Source: an uncultured Solibacteraceae bacterium (GTDB taxonomy: Bacteria; Acidobacteriota; Vicinamibacteria; Vicinamibacterales; SCN-69-37). Taken from it: DNA of 32,773 nt. Below the pieces are notes generated by a model. That model saw only the letters and a program-made list of their open reading frames with translations. It did no database searches and was not told the DNA's origin. Positions 1 through 8,122 of this stretch are shown piece by piece (position 1 is the stretch's first letter; each line of letters opens with the position of its first letter). The translations under genes and the position numbers were made by a program. The stretch lies in assembly GCA_964559545.1 (NCBI GenBank), contig CAZLJG010000001.1, forward strand, positions 1 through 32,773, given 5' to 3'.

Positions 1-1021
<1,021 letters not shown>

Positions 1022-1045
1022 AAGGGAGAACTATATCATTCGGGC
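1022..1045. promoter_or_regulatory. 24-bp divergent intergenic spacer with back-to-back -10-like elements (candidate bidirectional leaderless promoter)
   Basis: The spacer reads aagggagaacTATATCATTCGGgc. On the plus strand TATCAT lies 6 nt before ATG 1046. On the minus strand TGaTATAGT (extended -10 form) lies 8 nt before GTG 1021. There is no room for a 5'UTR or SD on either side. A 12-nt core is identical to 11041..11063 on the opposite strand. Confidence 0.45.
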
Positions 1046-1603
1046 ATGTTCACCATTCTCAAGATGCTCCGGCAGGCGAAGGGACGGCCGGAACAATCCG
1101 CAGTGGCCATGTTGGGCATCAAAGGTGGCGACTCGGTCCTGGTGGCCGGTGCGGGTCGGCCCGATCTGGCAGGGGCGATTGGGGCGATCACCGGCCTGAA
1201 CGGCCAAACCACCGTCGCGGACAACACCGACGGCGCCGCCGGCCGGGTCAGTCGCGCCGCCGCCAACGCCGGGGCCCTGGTGGAATTCGTCCAGGCGCCA
1301 CTGGCGATGCTCCCGATGGATGGCCAGACCTTCGATGTCGTGATCCTCCCATCCGGACTGGCCTCGCTTGGGGCACAGGCCCCCCTTGTCCTCGCCGAGG
1401 CCATCCGCGTAGTCCGTCCTGGAGGCCGGGTCGCCATCTGCGAACCGCTCCCCCGGCCCGGCCTGTTCCGACTGGCCCAAACCACCCCGCTCACCGACCC
1501 CAAGGACGTCGTCGCCCGGCTGACCGCCGCCGGACTGCGCGCCGCGCGCCACCTGGGCAGCCTCGACGGCGTCGCGTATTTCGAAGCGGCGCGGGCGCGG
1601 TGA
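1046..1603 (+). CDS. small class I SAM-dependent methyltransferase-like protein
   Basis: This is the downstream part of track ORF 479..1603. I start it at ATG 1046 because the upstream part is antisense to ino1. Translation: MFTILKMLRQAKG...DSVLVAGAGRPDLAGAIG (motif I-like GxG)...FDVVILPSGL...VVRPGGRVAI (motif III-like). Confidence 0.55.
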   Translation: MFTILKMLRQAKGRPEQSAVAMLGIKGGDSVLVAGAGRPDLAGAIGAITGLNGQTTVADNTDGAAGRVSRAAANAGALVEFVQAPLAMLPMDGQTFDVVILPSGLASLGAQAPLVLAEAIRVVRPGGRVAICEPLPRPGLFRLAQTTPLTDPKDVVARLTAAGLRAARHLGSLDGVAYFEAARAR

Positions 1604-1631
1604 AAAAGGCACCCGACGCCTTTTTCACCGC
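1597..1631. terminator. perfect 14-bp inverted repeat hairpin between convergent genes (candidate bidirectional terminator)
   Basis: gcggTGAaaaaggc (1597-1610), a 7-nt loop acccgac, then gcctttttTCAccgc (1618-1631). The stem has an A-run on one arm and a T-run on the other. It contains both stop codons: TGA 1601-1603 of the plus gene and TCA 1625-1627 (TGA on minus) of the SDR gene. Confidence 0.6.
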
Positions 1632-2368
1632 AGACAGGTCAGATGGCGGCCGCCGTCGATGGAAATCGTCTCGCCCGTAATCCACGACGCGCGCGGCGAA
1701 GCGAGCCACACAATGAGTTCCGCAATTTCTTCCGCGGTCCCTGGCCGACCCAGTGGGTGCGTGGCCTTGGAGTGCTCAAGAAACGCGGCATACCGCGCAT
1801 CGTCCATCCCACCGCGGCGGTGGAGGTTTGTGACCACCACCCCGGGGTTCACGGCGTTGACGCGCACGCCGCTCGCCGCCAGGTCCAGCGCGGCACAGCG
1901 CGTGAGTTGATCGACCGCCGCCTTGCTGACGCAGTAGGACAGGAGACCGGGAAACGCGCGCGTCCCGGCGACACTCGACAAGTTCACGACCGACCCGCGG
2001 GTCTCCACGAGCGAGGGCACCGCATCGCGCATCAGGCGGAACGACGCGCGCAGGTTCACATCCATCATCGCGTCGAAGGCCTCGTCGGTCGTCTCCTTCA
2101 CGCCCGCCGACGCAATCACGCCGGCCGCGTTGACCAACACGTCGATGCGGCCATGGCGCCGACGCGCCTCCGCCACGATCGCGGCGGGGCCACCCGGCGA
2201 CGTGACATCCATCACAAATCCACCGGATCCCAGCGCCGCGGCGTCACGGCCGACCCCCATCACCGTGAGGCCATCCGCCACGAGCCGATCCGCCGTCGCC
2301 TTGCCGATTCCGGACGAAGCCCCGGTGACGACCGCGACACACCCTGCACCCCACGCGTGTTCGTTCAT
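1625..2368 (-). CDS. SDR family NAD(P)-dependent oxidoreductase
   Basis: Track ORF 1625..2374 begins at TTG. ATG at 2368 gives MNEHAWGAGCVAVVTGASSGIGKA (TGxxxGxG)...NAAG...SSVAG...YCVSKAAV (YxxxK). TAAACT lies 6 nt upstream of ATG 2368 on the minus strand. Confidence 0.85.
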   Translation of the reverse strand: MNEHAWGAGCVAVVTGASSGIGKATADRLVADGLTVMGVGRDAAALGSGGFVMDVTSPGGPAAIVAEARRRHGRIDVLVNAAGVIASAGVKETTDEAFDAMMDVNLRASFRLMRDAVPSLVETRGSVVNLSSVAGTRAFPGLLSYCVSKAAVDQLTRCAALDLAASGVRVNAVNPGVVVTNLHRRGGMDDARYAAFLEHSKATHPLGRPGTAEEIAELIVWLASPRASWITGETISIDGGRHLTCLR

Positions 2369-2426
2369 CCGCAAAGTTTACCGCGACCCCCTGTTGGTCC
2401 CCCCTGCTCGCGCCGAAACGCCAAAG

Positions 2427-3452
2427 GTGACCGAGCTCTATACGATCCGGGAGATCGCCGCCGCCGCGGACGTCCCGGTGGAGCTCGCCGAGCACCTGGC
2501 CGATTCCGAGCAAATTCTCGTGGTGGACGGCCGGGTCCGCCAGGCGGACGCCGTTGCGTTGGTCAGGCGCTTGCGAAGCGCACCCGGCGGCCGGGAGCCG
2601 CTGTCCCCCCTGCCCGAGTCGAGGCGACGGGGCGGACTTCCGCTTGCGGCATCAGGCACCCTGCATGGCGCGGCCATTGCGCTGTTTGTGATCGCCTCGT
2701 CGCTGGGACTGCTTAAGGCCACGGACACCGAGACTGAAATCAAGGACAAGACGCCCGTGCGCATGGTGTTCCTCATGACGCCGGGTCCGGGGGGTGGTGG
2801 TGGCGGAGGCGGGCTCAAGATCCCCGCGCCCCCACCTCGCGCCGAGCGCAAGGCTCCGGTGGTGAAAAAAGTCAGCAGCCCGGTGCCGCCGCCGCGGCCG
2901 TATCGGCCGCCGCCTCGCCCGGTCACACGTGAAACGCCCCCACCGACCCGCCCACCAGAGCGCCCGCCGGTCGTGGCGCCGGTGGTGCCTGATCCGGGCG
3001 ATGCGAAAGAAGTGATCGGCGTCATGGACGCACCGCCACTTCCAGCACCGCCGAGTCCCGGCCCGGGCGCCGGAGGTGGTGTGGGCTCCGGTCAGGGCTC
3101 AGGGATTGGCGAAGGTGACGGCGCCGGGATTGGTGCCGGGTCCGGCGGCGGCACGGGTGGCGGGCCGTTCCGTCCAGGCAGCGGCATTGAACCGCCCCAA
3201 CTCCTGCGCGAGGTACGGCCTTCGTACACCGAAGAGGCGCGCAAGCGCGCGGTCGAAGGTGACGTCGTCCTCGAAATCGTGGTGCGACGTGACGGCACCG
3301 TGGGTGACGTGCGCGTGTTGCGAGCCCTCGGCAGCGGTCTCGATCAACGCGCGATTGCGGCCGTCCGCCAGTGGAGGTTCTCGCCCGCGCGCCGACTGGG
3401 CTCGGCTGTTGATGTGCTTGTTGAGGTCGCCGTCGGGTTTTCGTTGAGGTAG
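2427..3452 (+). CDS. TonB family energy-transducer-like protein with N-terminal cytoplasmic extension
   Basis: In frame with track ORF 2130..3452 and trimmed to GTG 2427 to clear the SDR gene; TTG 2394 is an alternative start. One TM segment (LHGAAIALFVIASSLGLL) is followed by a Gly8 run, a Pro-rich tract (PAPPPRAERKAPVVKKVSSPVPPPRPYRPPPRP...) and a Gly-rich tract. The C-terminus is a TonB_C-like domain: GIEPPQLLREVRPSYTEEARKRAVEGDVVLEIVVRRDGTVGDVRVLRALGSGLDQRAIAAVRQWRFSPA. Confidence 0.8.
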   Translation: MTELYTIREIAAAADVPVELAEHLADSEQILVVDGRVRQADAVALVRRLRSAPGGREPLSPLPESRRRGGLPLAASGTLHGAAIALFVIASSLGLLKATDTETEIKDKTPVRMVFLMTPGPGGGGGGGGLKIPAPPPRAERKAPVVKKVSSPVPPPRPYRPPPRPVTRETPPPTRPPERPPVVAPVVPDPGDAKEVIGVMDAPPLPAPPSPGPGAGGGVGSGQGSGIGEGDGAGIGAGSGGGTGGGPFRPGSGIEPPQLLREVRPSYTEEARKRAVEGDVVLEIVVRRDGTVGDVRVLRALGSGLDQRAIAAVRQWRFSPARRLGSAVDVLVEVAVGFSLR

Positions 3453-3458
3453 TGGCTG

Positions 3459-4136
3459 ATGGAATCCCTGCTCGTAGTCGTGATGGTGATCGCTCTCGTG
3501 CTGGCGGTCGCGATGTGTCTGTTTGCGTGGCGCGTGCTGCGACGTGATCGATCACACACCGACGCGCGCATCGCCCATCTGCGGGCGCTCGCCACTGACA
3601 CGGCACCGGAACCCGACTGGCAGCCCGTCAACGCAGCGCCGCCGGCACCGGCGCGCACAAGCTGGGGCGCCCTGATCGCGGTGGTCGCGATCTTCATGGC
3701 CGTGGGCGCCGGATCGGTGTACGCGCTGTATGGATCGGCGCCGGCCATCGCGTGGCCGACACTCGCTGCCCAGCCGGCGGACACCCCACTTGAACTTGTC
3801 GCGCTGACGCATCGCCGCGATCCGTCCGGTGAATTCATCGTCACAGGCCTTGTGCAAAATCCTGCGACTGGACGCGCGACGCCGGCGCTGAGCGCGGTGG
3901 TGTATGTGTTTGGACCCGACGGCGAATATTTCACCTCGGGCACGGCCGCGATCGAGGTGCCCGTGCTTGCGCCAGGCGATCAGTCACCGTTCACAATCCG
4001 CCTCTCTGGTCTCAGCAAGGTGAGCCGATATCGACTGGGGTTCCGGCAACAGGACGGCGGTGCGTTTGCCCACGTGGACCGTCGGGGCGAACCGCTGGCG
4101 GGCACCACCGCAGCCACCGTGGAGGAACGGCCATGA
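3459..4136 (+). CDS. hypothetical two-TM membrane protein with C-terminal beta-rich domain (DUF3426-like by eye)
   Basis: 225-aa ORF with ATG 6 nt after the TonB stop. TM segments are LLVVVMVIALVLAVAMCLFAW and WGALIAVVAIFMAVGAGSVYALY. The C-terminal segment LELVALTHRRDPSGEFIVTGLVQNPATGRATPALSAVVYVFGPDGEYF...LAPGDQSPFTIRL resembles the DUF3426 pattern. Its stop overlaps the next start (ATGA). Confidence 0.6.
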   Translation: MESLLVVVMVIALVLAVAMCLFAWRVLRRDRSHTDARIAHLRALATDTAPEPDWQPVNAAPPAPARTSWGALIAVVAIFMAVGAGSVYALYGSAPAIAWPTLAAQPADTPLELVALTHRRDPSGEFIVTGLVQNPATGRATPALSAVVYVFGPDGEYFTSGTAAIEVPVLAPGDQSPFTIRLSGLSKVSRYRLGFRQQDGGAFAHVDRRGEPLAGTTAATVEERP

Positions 4137-5176
4137 CTCTGACGCGTGTCGTCATCTTCTCGACACTGGTGGCTGGCGCCGCTGTACTTCAGGCGCAGGA
4201 AAAGCCAGCCGGCCAGGGGTTCTCGTTTCGATCAAACGTCAATCTGATCAACGTCAACGTCACGGTCACCGATGCCAGCGGCCACTTCGTGGGTGGGCTC
4301 AGGCAGGAAGACTTTGAGATCTACGAAGACGGCGTGCTGCAGACGACGTCGCACTTTGATGCGGAACGGGTGCCGGTCAGTCTCGGCATTGCCGTGGATA
4401 CCAGCGGGTCAATGGTCGGCGACAAATGGGTCGCGGCGCAGGCCGCACTCAGCCGGCTCGTCAACGACCTGCTCGGGCCGACCGATGAGGTCTTCCTGTA
4501 CCGCTTTGACAGCCGCGCTGAACTGGTCCATCCCTGGACGCGCGACCGCCGCGAGGTGAGCCGGGCACTGGGCGCGATCCAGCCGCGCGGCGGCACCGCC
4601 ATGTACGACGCCGTGGCCGATGCGATTCCACTGGCCATGCGTGGATCGGAACGGAAGAAGGCGCTCGTCATCATCTCGGACGGCCAGGACACCAGCAGTT
4701 CGACGCGCGTCCCGGAACTCACGCAGCAAATTCGCGAAAGCGAGGTGCTCGTCTATGCGATCGGCGTTGACGCATCGGGCAACGCCCCGCGCGGGTCGGG
4801 ATCCTCGGGGTCCGGTGGCCAGGCCTCACGCCCGCCGGCACCGTCTCCATTCCCTGGGCGTCGTCCACCCGCAACCCCTCCACCTGCGCCGGCACCATCA
4901 CGATCGACGTCGTCGGGCGGAAACAGTGACCGCGTGAACGCCGACGCCCTGCGCGCGATCACCGACGACAGCGGCGGCCGTACTGAGATTCTGTACTCCC
5001 ATCGCGACCTTGATGCCGCGACCGCCGGAATCGCCGGAGAACTCAGCCGGCAGTACTACCTCGCGTACTCCTCCTCGGCCCCGAAGGACGGACGCTGGCA
5101 CACCATTGAAGTGCGGATCAAGAAGGGTAACGGCTCCTATCGGATTCGGGCACGGCGCGGGTTTACAGCTTCGTAG
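4133..5176 (+). CDS. exported VWA domain protein, acidobacterial VWFA-related type (TIGR03436-like)
   Basis: Signal peptide MTLTRVVIFSTLVAGAAVLQA|Q. The N-terminal block FRSNVNLINVNVTVTDASGHFVGGLRQEDFEIYEDGV is typical of the acidobacterial VWFA family. A MIDAS motif DTSGSM is present, with a Ser/Gly/Pro-rich insert and a C-terminal WHTIEVRIKK...YRIRARRGF. Confidence 0.85.
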   Translation: MTLTRVVIFSTLVAGAAVLQAQEKPAGQGFSFRSNVNLINVNVTVTDASGHFVGGLRQEDFEIYEDGVLQTTSHFDAERVPVSLGIAVDTSGSMVGDKWVAAQAALSRLVNDLLGPTDEVFLYRFDSRAELVHPWTRDRREVSRALGAIQPRGGTAMYDAVADAIPLAMRGSERKKALVIISDGQDTSSSTRVPELTQQIRESEVLVYAIGVDASGNAPRGSGSSGSGGQASRPPAPSPFPGRRPPATPPPAPAPSRSTSSGGNSDRVNADALRAITDDSGGRTEILYSHRDLDAATAGIAGELSRQYYLAYSSSAPKDGRWHTIEVRIKKGNGSYRIRARRGFTAS

Positions 5177-5208
5177 TGCCAGCACCAATTGCGCTAGTCT
5201 AGTGAGCC

Positions 5209-5973
5209 GTGTCTGAGACCGCGATCACCTGGCTCGCTGCCCTGGGCCTCTCCGTTGTCGGCAGTGTGGGAGGCCTTCTGGTGGCCGGCCTCCTCTTGCT
5301 GTTCGACAAACGTGTGCGCACGCGAGTGGTGCCGTGGCTCGTGTCCTTTGCCGTCGGCACGCTGCTGGGGGCCGCAGCGCTTGTACTGATGCCCGAGGCG
5401 CTTGAATCACTCGCGCCCGCGCGGGCGTTTGCGGTGATGCTCGGCGGCATCCTCACATTTTTTGTGCTCGAAAAACTGGTCCTGCTCCGGCACTGCCATG
5501 ACGACGAGGACTGTCACGTGCATCAGAGCACGGCGACGATGGTGATCGTCGGCGACACGGTCCATACGTTTGTGGACGGCGTGGCGATTGCGGCGTCGAC
5601 CCTTGTGTCGATTCCGGCGGGCATCATGACGGCGCTGGCGGCGATTGCGCATGAAATTCCACAGGAGGCTGGTGACTTCGGCATCCTGCTTGCCGCTGGT
5701 CACTCGCGGCGCCGAGCGTTGATGTTGAATGCGGCGTCGGCGATCGGCGGCCTTGCCGGCGCAGCGCTGATGTTGATGTTCGGCGCCAGTGTGCCGCTCG
5801 CGCAGCCGTACGTGCTGGCGTTCGCGGCCGGCAACTTCCTCTACGTCGCGATGGCGGATCTGATTCCGCACCTGCATCGGGGCGAAGCGGATCCCAACAG
5901 CCTGCGGCAGATCGTCCTGATCGCACTCGGCCTGGCCACGATCGGACTCATGCATCAGTACTTCGGACATTGA
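5209..5973 (+). CDS. ZIP family divalent-metal transporter
   Basis: 254 aa with a GTG start and multiple TM segments. It has a His/Cys/Asp-rich loop HCHDDEDCHVHQ and the ZIP signature HEIPQEAGDFGILL. Confidence 0.85.
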   Translation: MSETAITWLAALGLSVVGSVGGLLVAGLLLLFDKRVRTRVVPWLVSFAVGTLLGAAALVLMPEALESLAPARAFAVMLGGILTFFVLEKLVLLRHCHDDEDCHVHQSTATMVIVGDTVHTFVDGVAIAASTLVSIPAGIMTALAAIAHEIPQEAGDFGILLAAGHSRRRALMLNAASAIGGLAGAALMLMFGASVPLAQPYVLAFAAGNFLYVAMADLIPHLHRGEADPNSLRQIVLIALGLATIGLMHQYFGH

Positions 5974-6404
5974 TGCCGGAATCGATCTGCCAGTCGTGCG
6001 CACTCTGTTGTGACGGCACACTGTTCAGAGACTTCCAGGCCGACGCCCCGACAGCGGGACTCGTCGCCCAGCCATGCGCGTGTCTGCACGGACGCCTCTG
6101 TGGGGTCTACCCGGATCGTCCACGCGCCTGTCGCGACTTTGAATGCCGCGTGGTGAAAAGCCTGCAGGCGGGCACTCTCGACGTTGCCGGGGCACAACAC
6201 CTGATCACCACGGCGCAGTCCCTCCTCGCACAGCTGGACGCGCTGCTGCCGGCAGACCTGTCCCTGACCACCACGGCACTGGATGACGCCGTCGAGCGCT
6301 ATCAGCAGCAACGATCGCAGCCGCCGGACCCTGAGGTCCTGCTGCAGATGGCGGTGGTTCGGCTCTATCTCGACAAACACTTCCGTCCAGAGCCTCCCGC
6401 GTGA
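5973..6404 (+). CDS. YkgJ-family Cys-cluster protein (CxxCxxCC putative Zn/Fe-chelating domain)
   Basis: The track ORF starts at TTG 5970. ATG 5973 overlaps the ZIP stop (TGATG). The N-terminus CQSCALCCDG plus CACLHGRLCGVYPDRPRACRDFEC matches the UPF0153/YkgJ Cys pattern. Confidence 0.7.
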   Translation: MPESICQSCALCCDGTLFRDFQADAPTAGLVAQPCACLHGRLCGVYPDRPRACRDFECRVVKSLQAGTLDVAGAQHLITTAQSLLAQLDALLPADLSLTTTALDDAVERYQQQRSQPPDPEVLLQMAVVRLYLDKHFRPEPPA

Positions 6405-6417
6405 CGTCGAAGTCCTC

Positions 6418-8058
6418 GTGACCCGCTCCCTGGCAACCACCGCGGCGGTGCTGGCGATCCTCTTCGCCGCATCCATCGACGCCCAGCGACGACGGCTGCC
6501 CCCTGGCGCCGCGATTCTGGGCCAGGTCGTTGATGCGCAGACCGGGCGCGGCCTCGATCGCGCGATCATCGAACTTGAGGGTGCCGGCATGCGGCAACGG
6601 TTGGTGACCGACGACCGCGGCCGTTTCCTGTTCAGCGGCCTTCCCACCGGCGAGTATCGTGTGTCAGCTGATCGGGCCGGGTACCTGCGCGGCGCGTTCG
6701 GGCAACGGCGCGCCTCTGGCGCAGCTGCGACCATCGCTCTGCTCGACGGCCAATGGGTCGCTGGAGCGGAAGTGGCGATGTGGCGCCCCGCGGTGATCTC
6801 CGGTTCTGTGAGAGACGACCGCAACGACCCGGTGGTGGGCCTCACCGTGCGCGCCTATCGCCGCGACGAGCAGCCCGGCCACACCACGCTCAGGGAAGTG
6901 GCGCAGGCCGTCACCGACGACACCGGCAGCTATCGCCTGACGGGCCTGGTGCCCGGGGATCATGTGGTCGGACTCTCCCATCAGCGACTCGCGCTTCCCG
7001 TGCTTGAAACGCCGGCGAATGAAGAGCCTGCGGCAGCACCAACAGAGCCGCTGCTTCTGGACCTCTCCATCGCGCCGCAGTATTACCCCGGCGCCGATAG
7101 TCTCGCCGCAGCGGTCACGGTCACGGTGGACGCGGGACGCGAGATGCATGGCATCGGTTTCATGGTGCCGGTGCGACCACCACTCACGATCACCGGGCGG
7201 ATCGATCCCGCCAGTGTGCCTCCCGACGGGATGTCCTCGGTGCGGATGTTGTTGACGACACGGATGGATCCGCGCGTGTCGGAAGCGCCGCGGCACCGGA
7301 TGCTCGCCGAGACCGCACCCGAGCCCGACGGCCGGTTCCAGTTCGCGCAGGTGCCGCCGGGCGACTACACCATCGAAGCGGTGCTTGAGCACGGCTGGGC
7401 GCGCGAGGCCGTCACACTCAGTGACAAGGACATCACAGACGTGGCCATCGCGCTCCAGCCGGCGCTTGAAGTGGAAGGCCAGGGTCGCGCGGGGCTCCAA
7501 CTGCATTTTGAGCCGCTCTTTGATGCGCCAGGCGTGAAGGAAGTAACGGCCCGCATCGACGCCGACGGCCGCTTTCGCACGGGTCGAACGTTGACACCGG
7601 GTCGTTATCAGGTGCGCGTGTCAGGCATCCCTCAGGGACAAACCCTGCTCCGTGTCACCTCGCGCGGCACCGACATCGCGGATGAAGGGCTCGACCTCTC
7701 GATGGGGTACGGCCCGACAGACGTGGCGGTTGAACTGACAAGTCGCGTGGCCACGCTGGGCGGCACCGTGCGTGGCTCCGGTGCCTTCGGCGATCCCACC
7801 GCGACCGTGCTGGTCTTCCCCGACTCCCCGGCCGGTGTGAGCACCCGTCGCCTGCGCAGCGTCCGCGTCCGCACGAACGGGACGTTTTTCCTCCAGAACC
7901 TGCTTCCCGGCCGCTATCGAGTCGTCGCCATCGACGAGGCCGACGCCGATGGCTGGATGGCGCCGGACCGACTCCGACAGCTCCGATCACGGGGGATGCT
8001 GATTGATCTTCGCGACGGCGACGCCAAGGTCGTTGAACTGCGCCGCCAGCGGGAATAA
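6418..8058 (+). CDS. exported multi-domain carboxypeptidase-regulatory-like (CarboxypepD_reg) protein
   Basis: Track ORF 6283..8058 trimmed to GTG 6418, which gives the signal peptide MTRSLATTAAVLAILFAASIDA|Q. Units of the form G.V.D..G......V......TDD.G.F.F..LP.G.Y recur, for example ILGQVVDAQTGRGLDRAIIELEG...VTDDRGRFLFSGLPTGEYRVSA, ISGSVRDDRNDPVVGLTV...TDDTGSYRLTGLVPGDH and DGRFQFAQVPPGDYTIEA. Confidence 0.75.
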   Translation: MTRSLATTAAVLAILFAASIDAQRRRLPPGAAILGQVVDAQTGRGLDRAIIELEGAGMRQRLVTDDRGRFLFSGLPTGEYRVSADRAGYLRGAFGQRRASGAAATIALLDGQWVAGAEVAMWRPAVISGSVRDDRNDPVVGLTVRAYRRDEQPGHTTLREVAQAVTDDTGSYRLTGLVPGDHVVGLSHQRLALPVLETPANEEPAAAPTEPLLLDLSIAPQYYPGADSLAAAVTVTVDAGREMHGIGFMVPVRPPLTITGRIDPASVPPDGMSSVRMLLTTRMDPRVSEAPRHRMLAETAPEPDGRFQFAQVPPGDYTIEAVLEHGWAREAVTLSDKDITDVAIALQPALEVEGQGRAGLQLHFEPLFDAPGVKEVTARIDADGRFRTGRTLTPGRYQVRVSGIPQGQTLLRVTSRGTDIADEGLDLSMGYGPTDVAVELTSRVATLGGTVRGSGAFGDPTATVLVFPDSPAGVSTRRLRSVRVRTNGTFFLQNLLPGRYRVVAIDEADADGWMAPDRLRQLRSRGMLIDLRDGDAKVVELRRQRE

Positions 8059-8122
8059 TGGGCCCTGGTCCCCGGTCTAAACGGGTGTGACACCCCGGGC
8101 GTAAGTCCGGTCAAAGGATCCA

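Noticed and set aside
1643-2716. 357-aa plus-strand ORF overlapping the SDR gene and the TonB gene start
   Set aside because: It is an Arg-rich shadow frame. The opposite strand carries canonical TGxxxGxG and YxxxK SDR motifs.
2790-2813. Gly-codon run (GGG GGT GGT GGT GGC GGA GGC GGG) as a slippage-prone microsatellite or phase-variation site
   Set aside because: The codons are mixed rather than a pure repeat, and the run is in frame within the flexible linker of the TonB-like protein. There is no evidence of frameshift or truncation.
5177-5208. Zur- or Fur-type operator upstream of the ZIP transporter gene
   Set aside because: Only a short CTAGTCTAG near-repeat is present. There is no AT-rich 7-1-7 or 9-1-9 palindrome resembling known Zur or Fur boxes.
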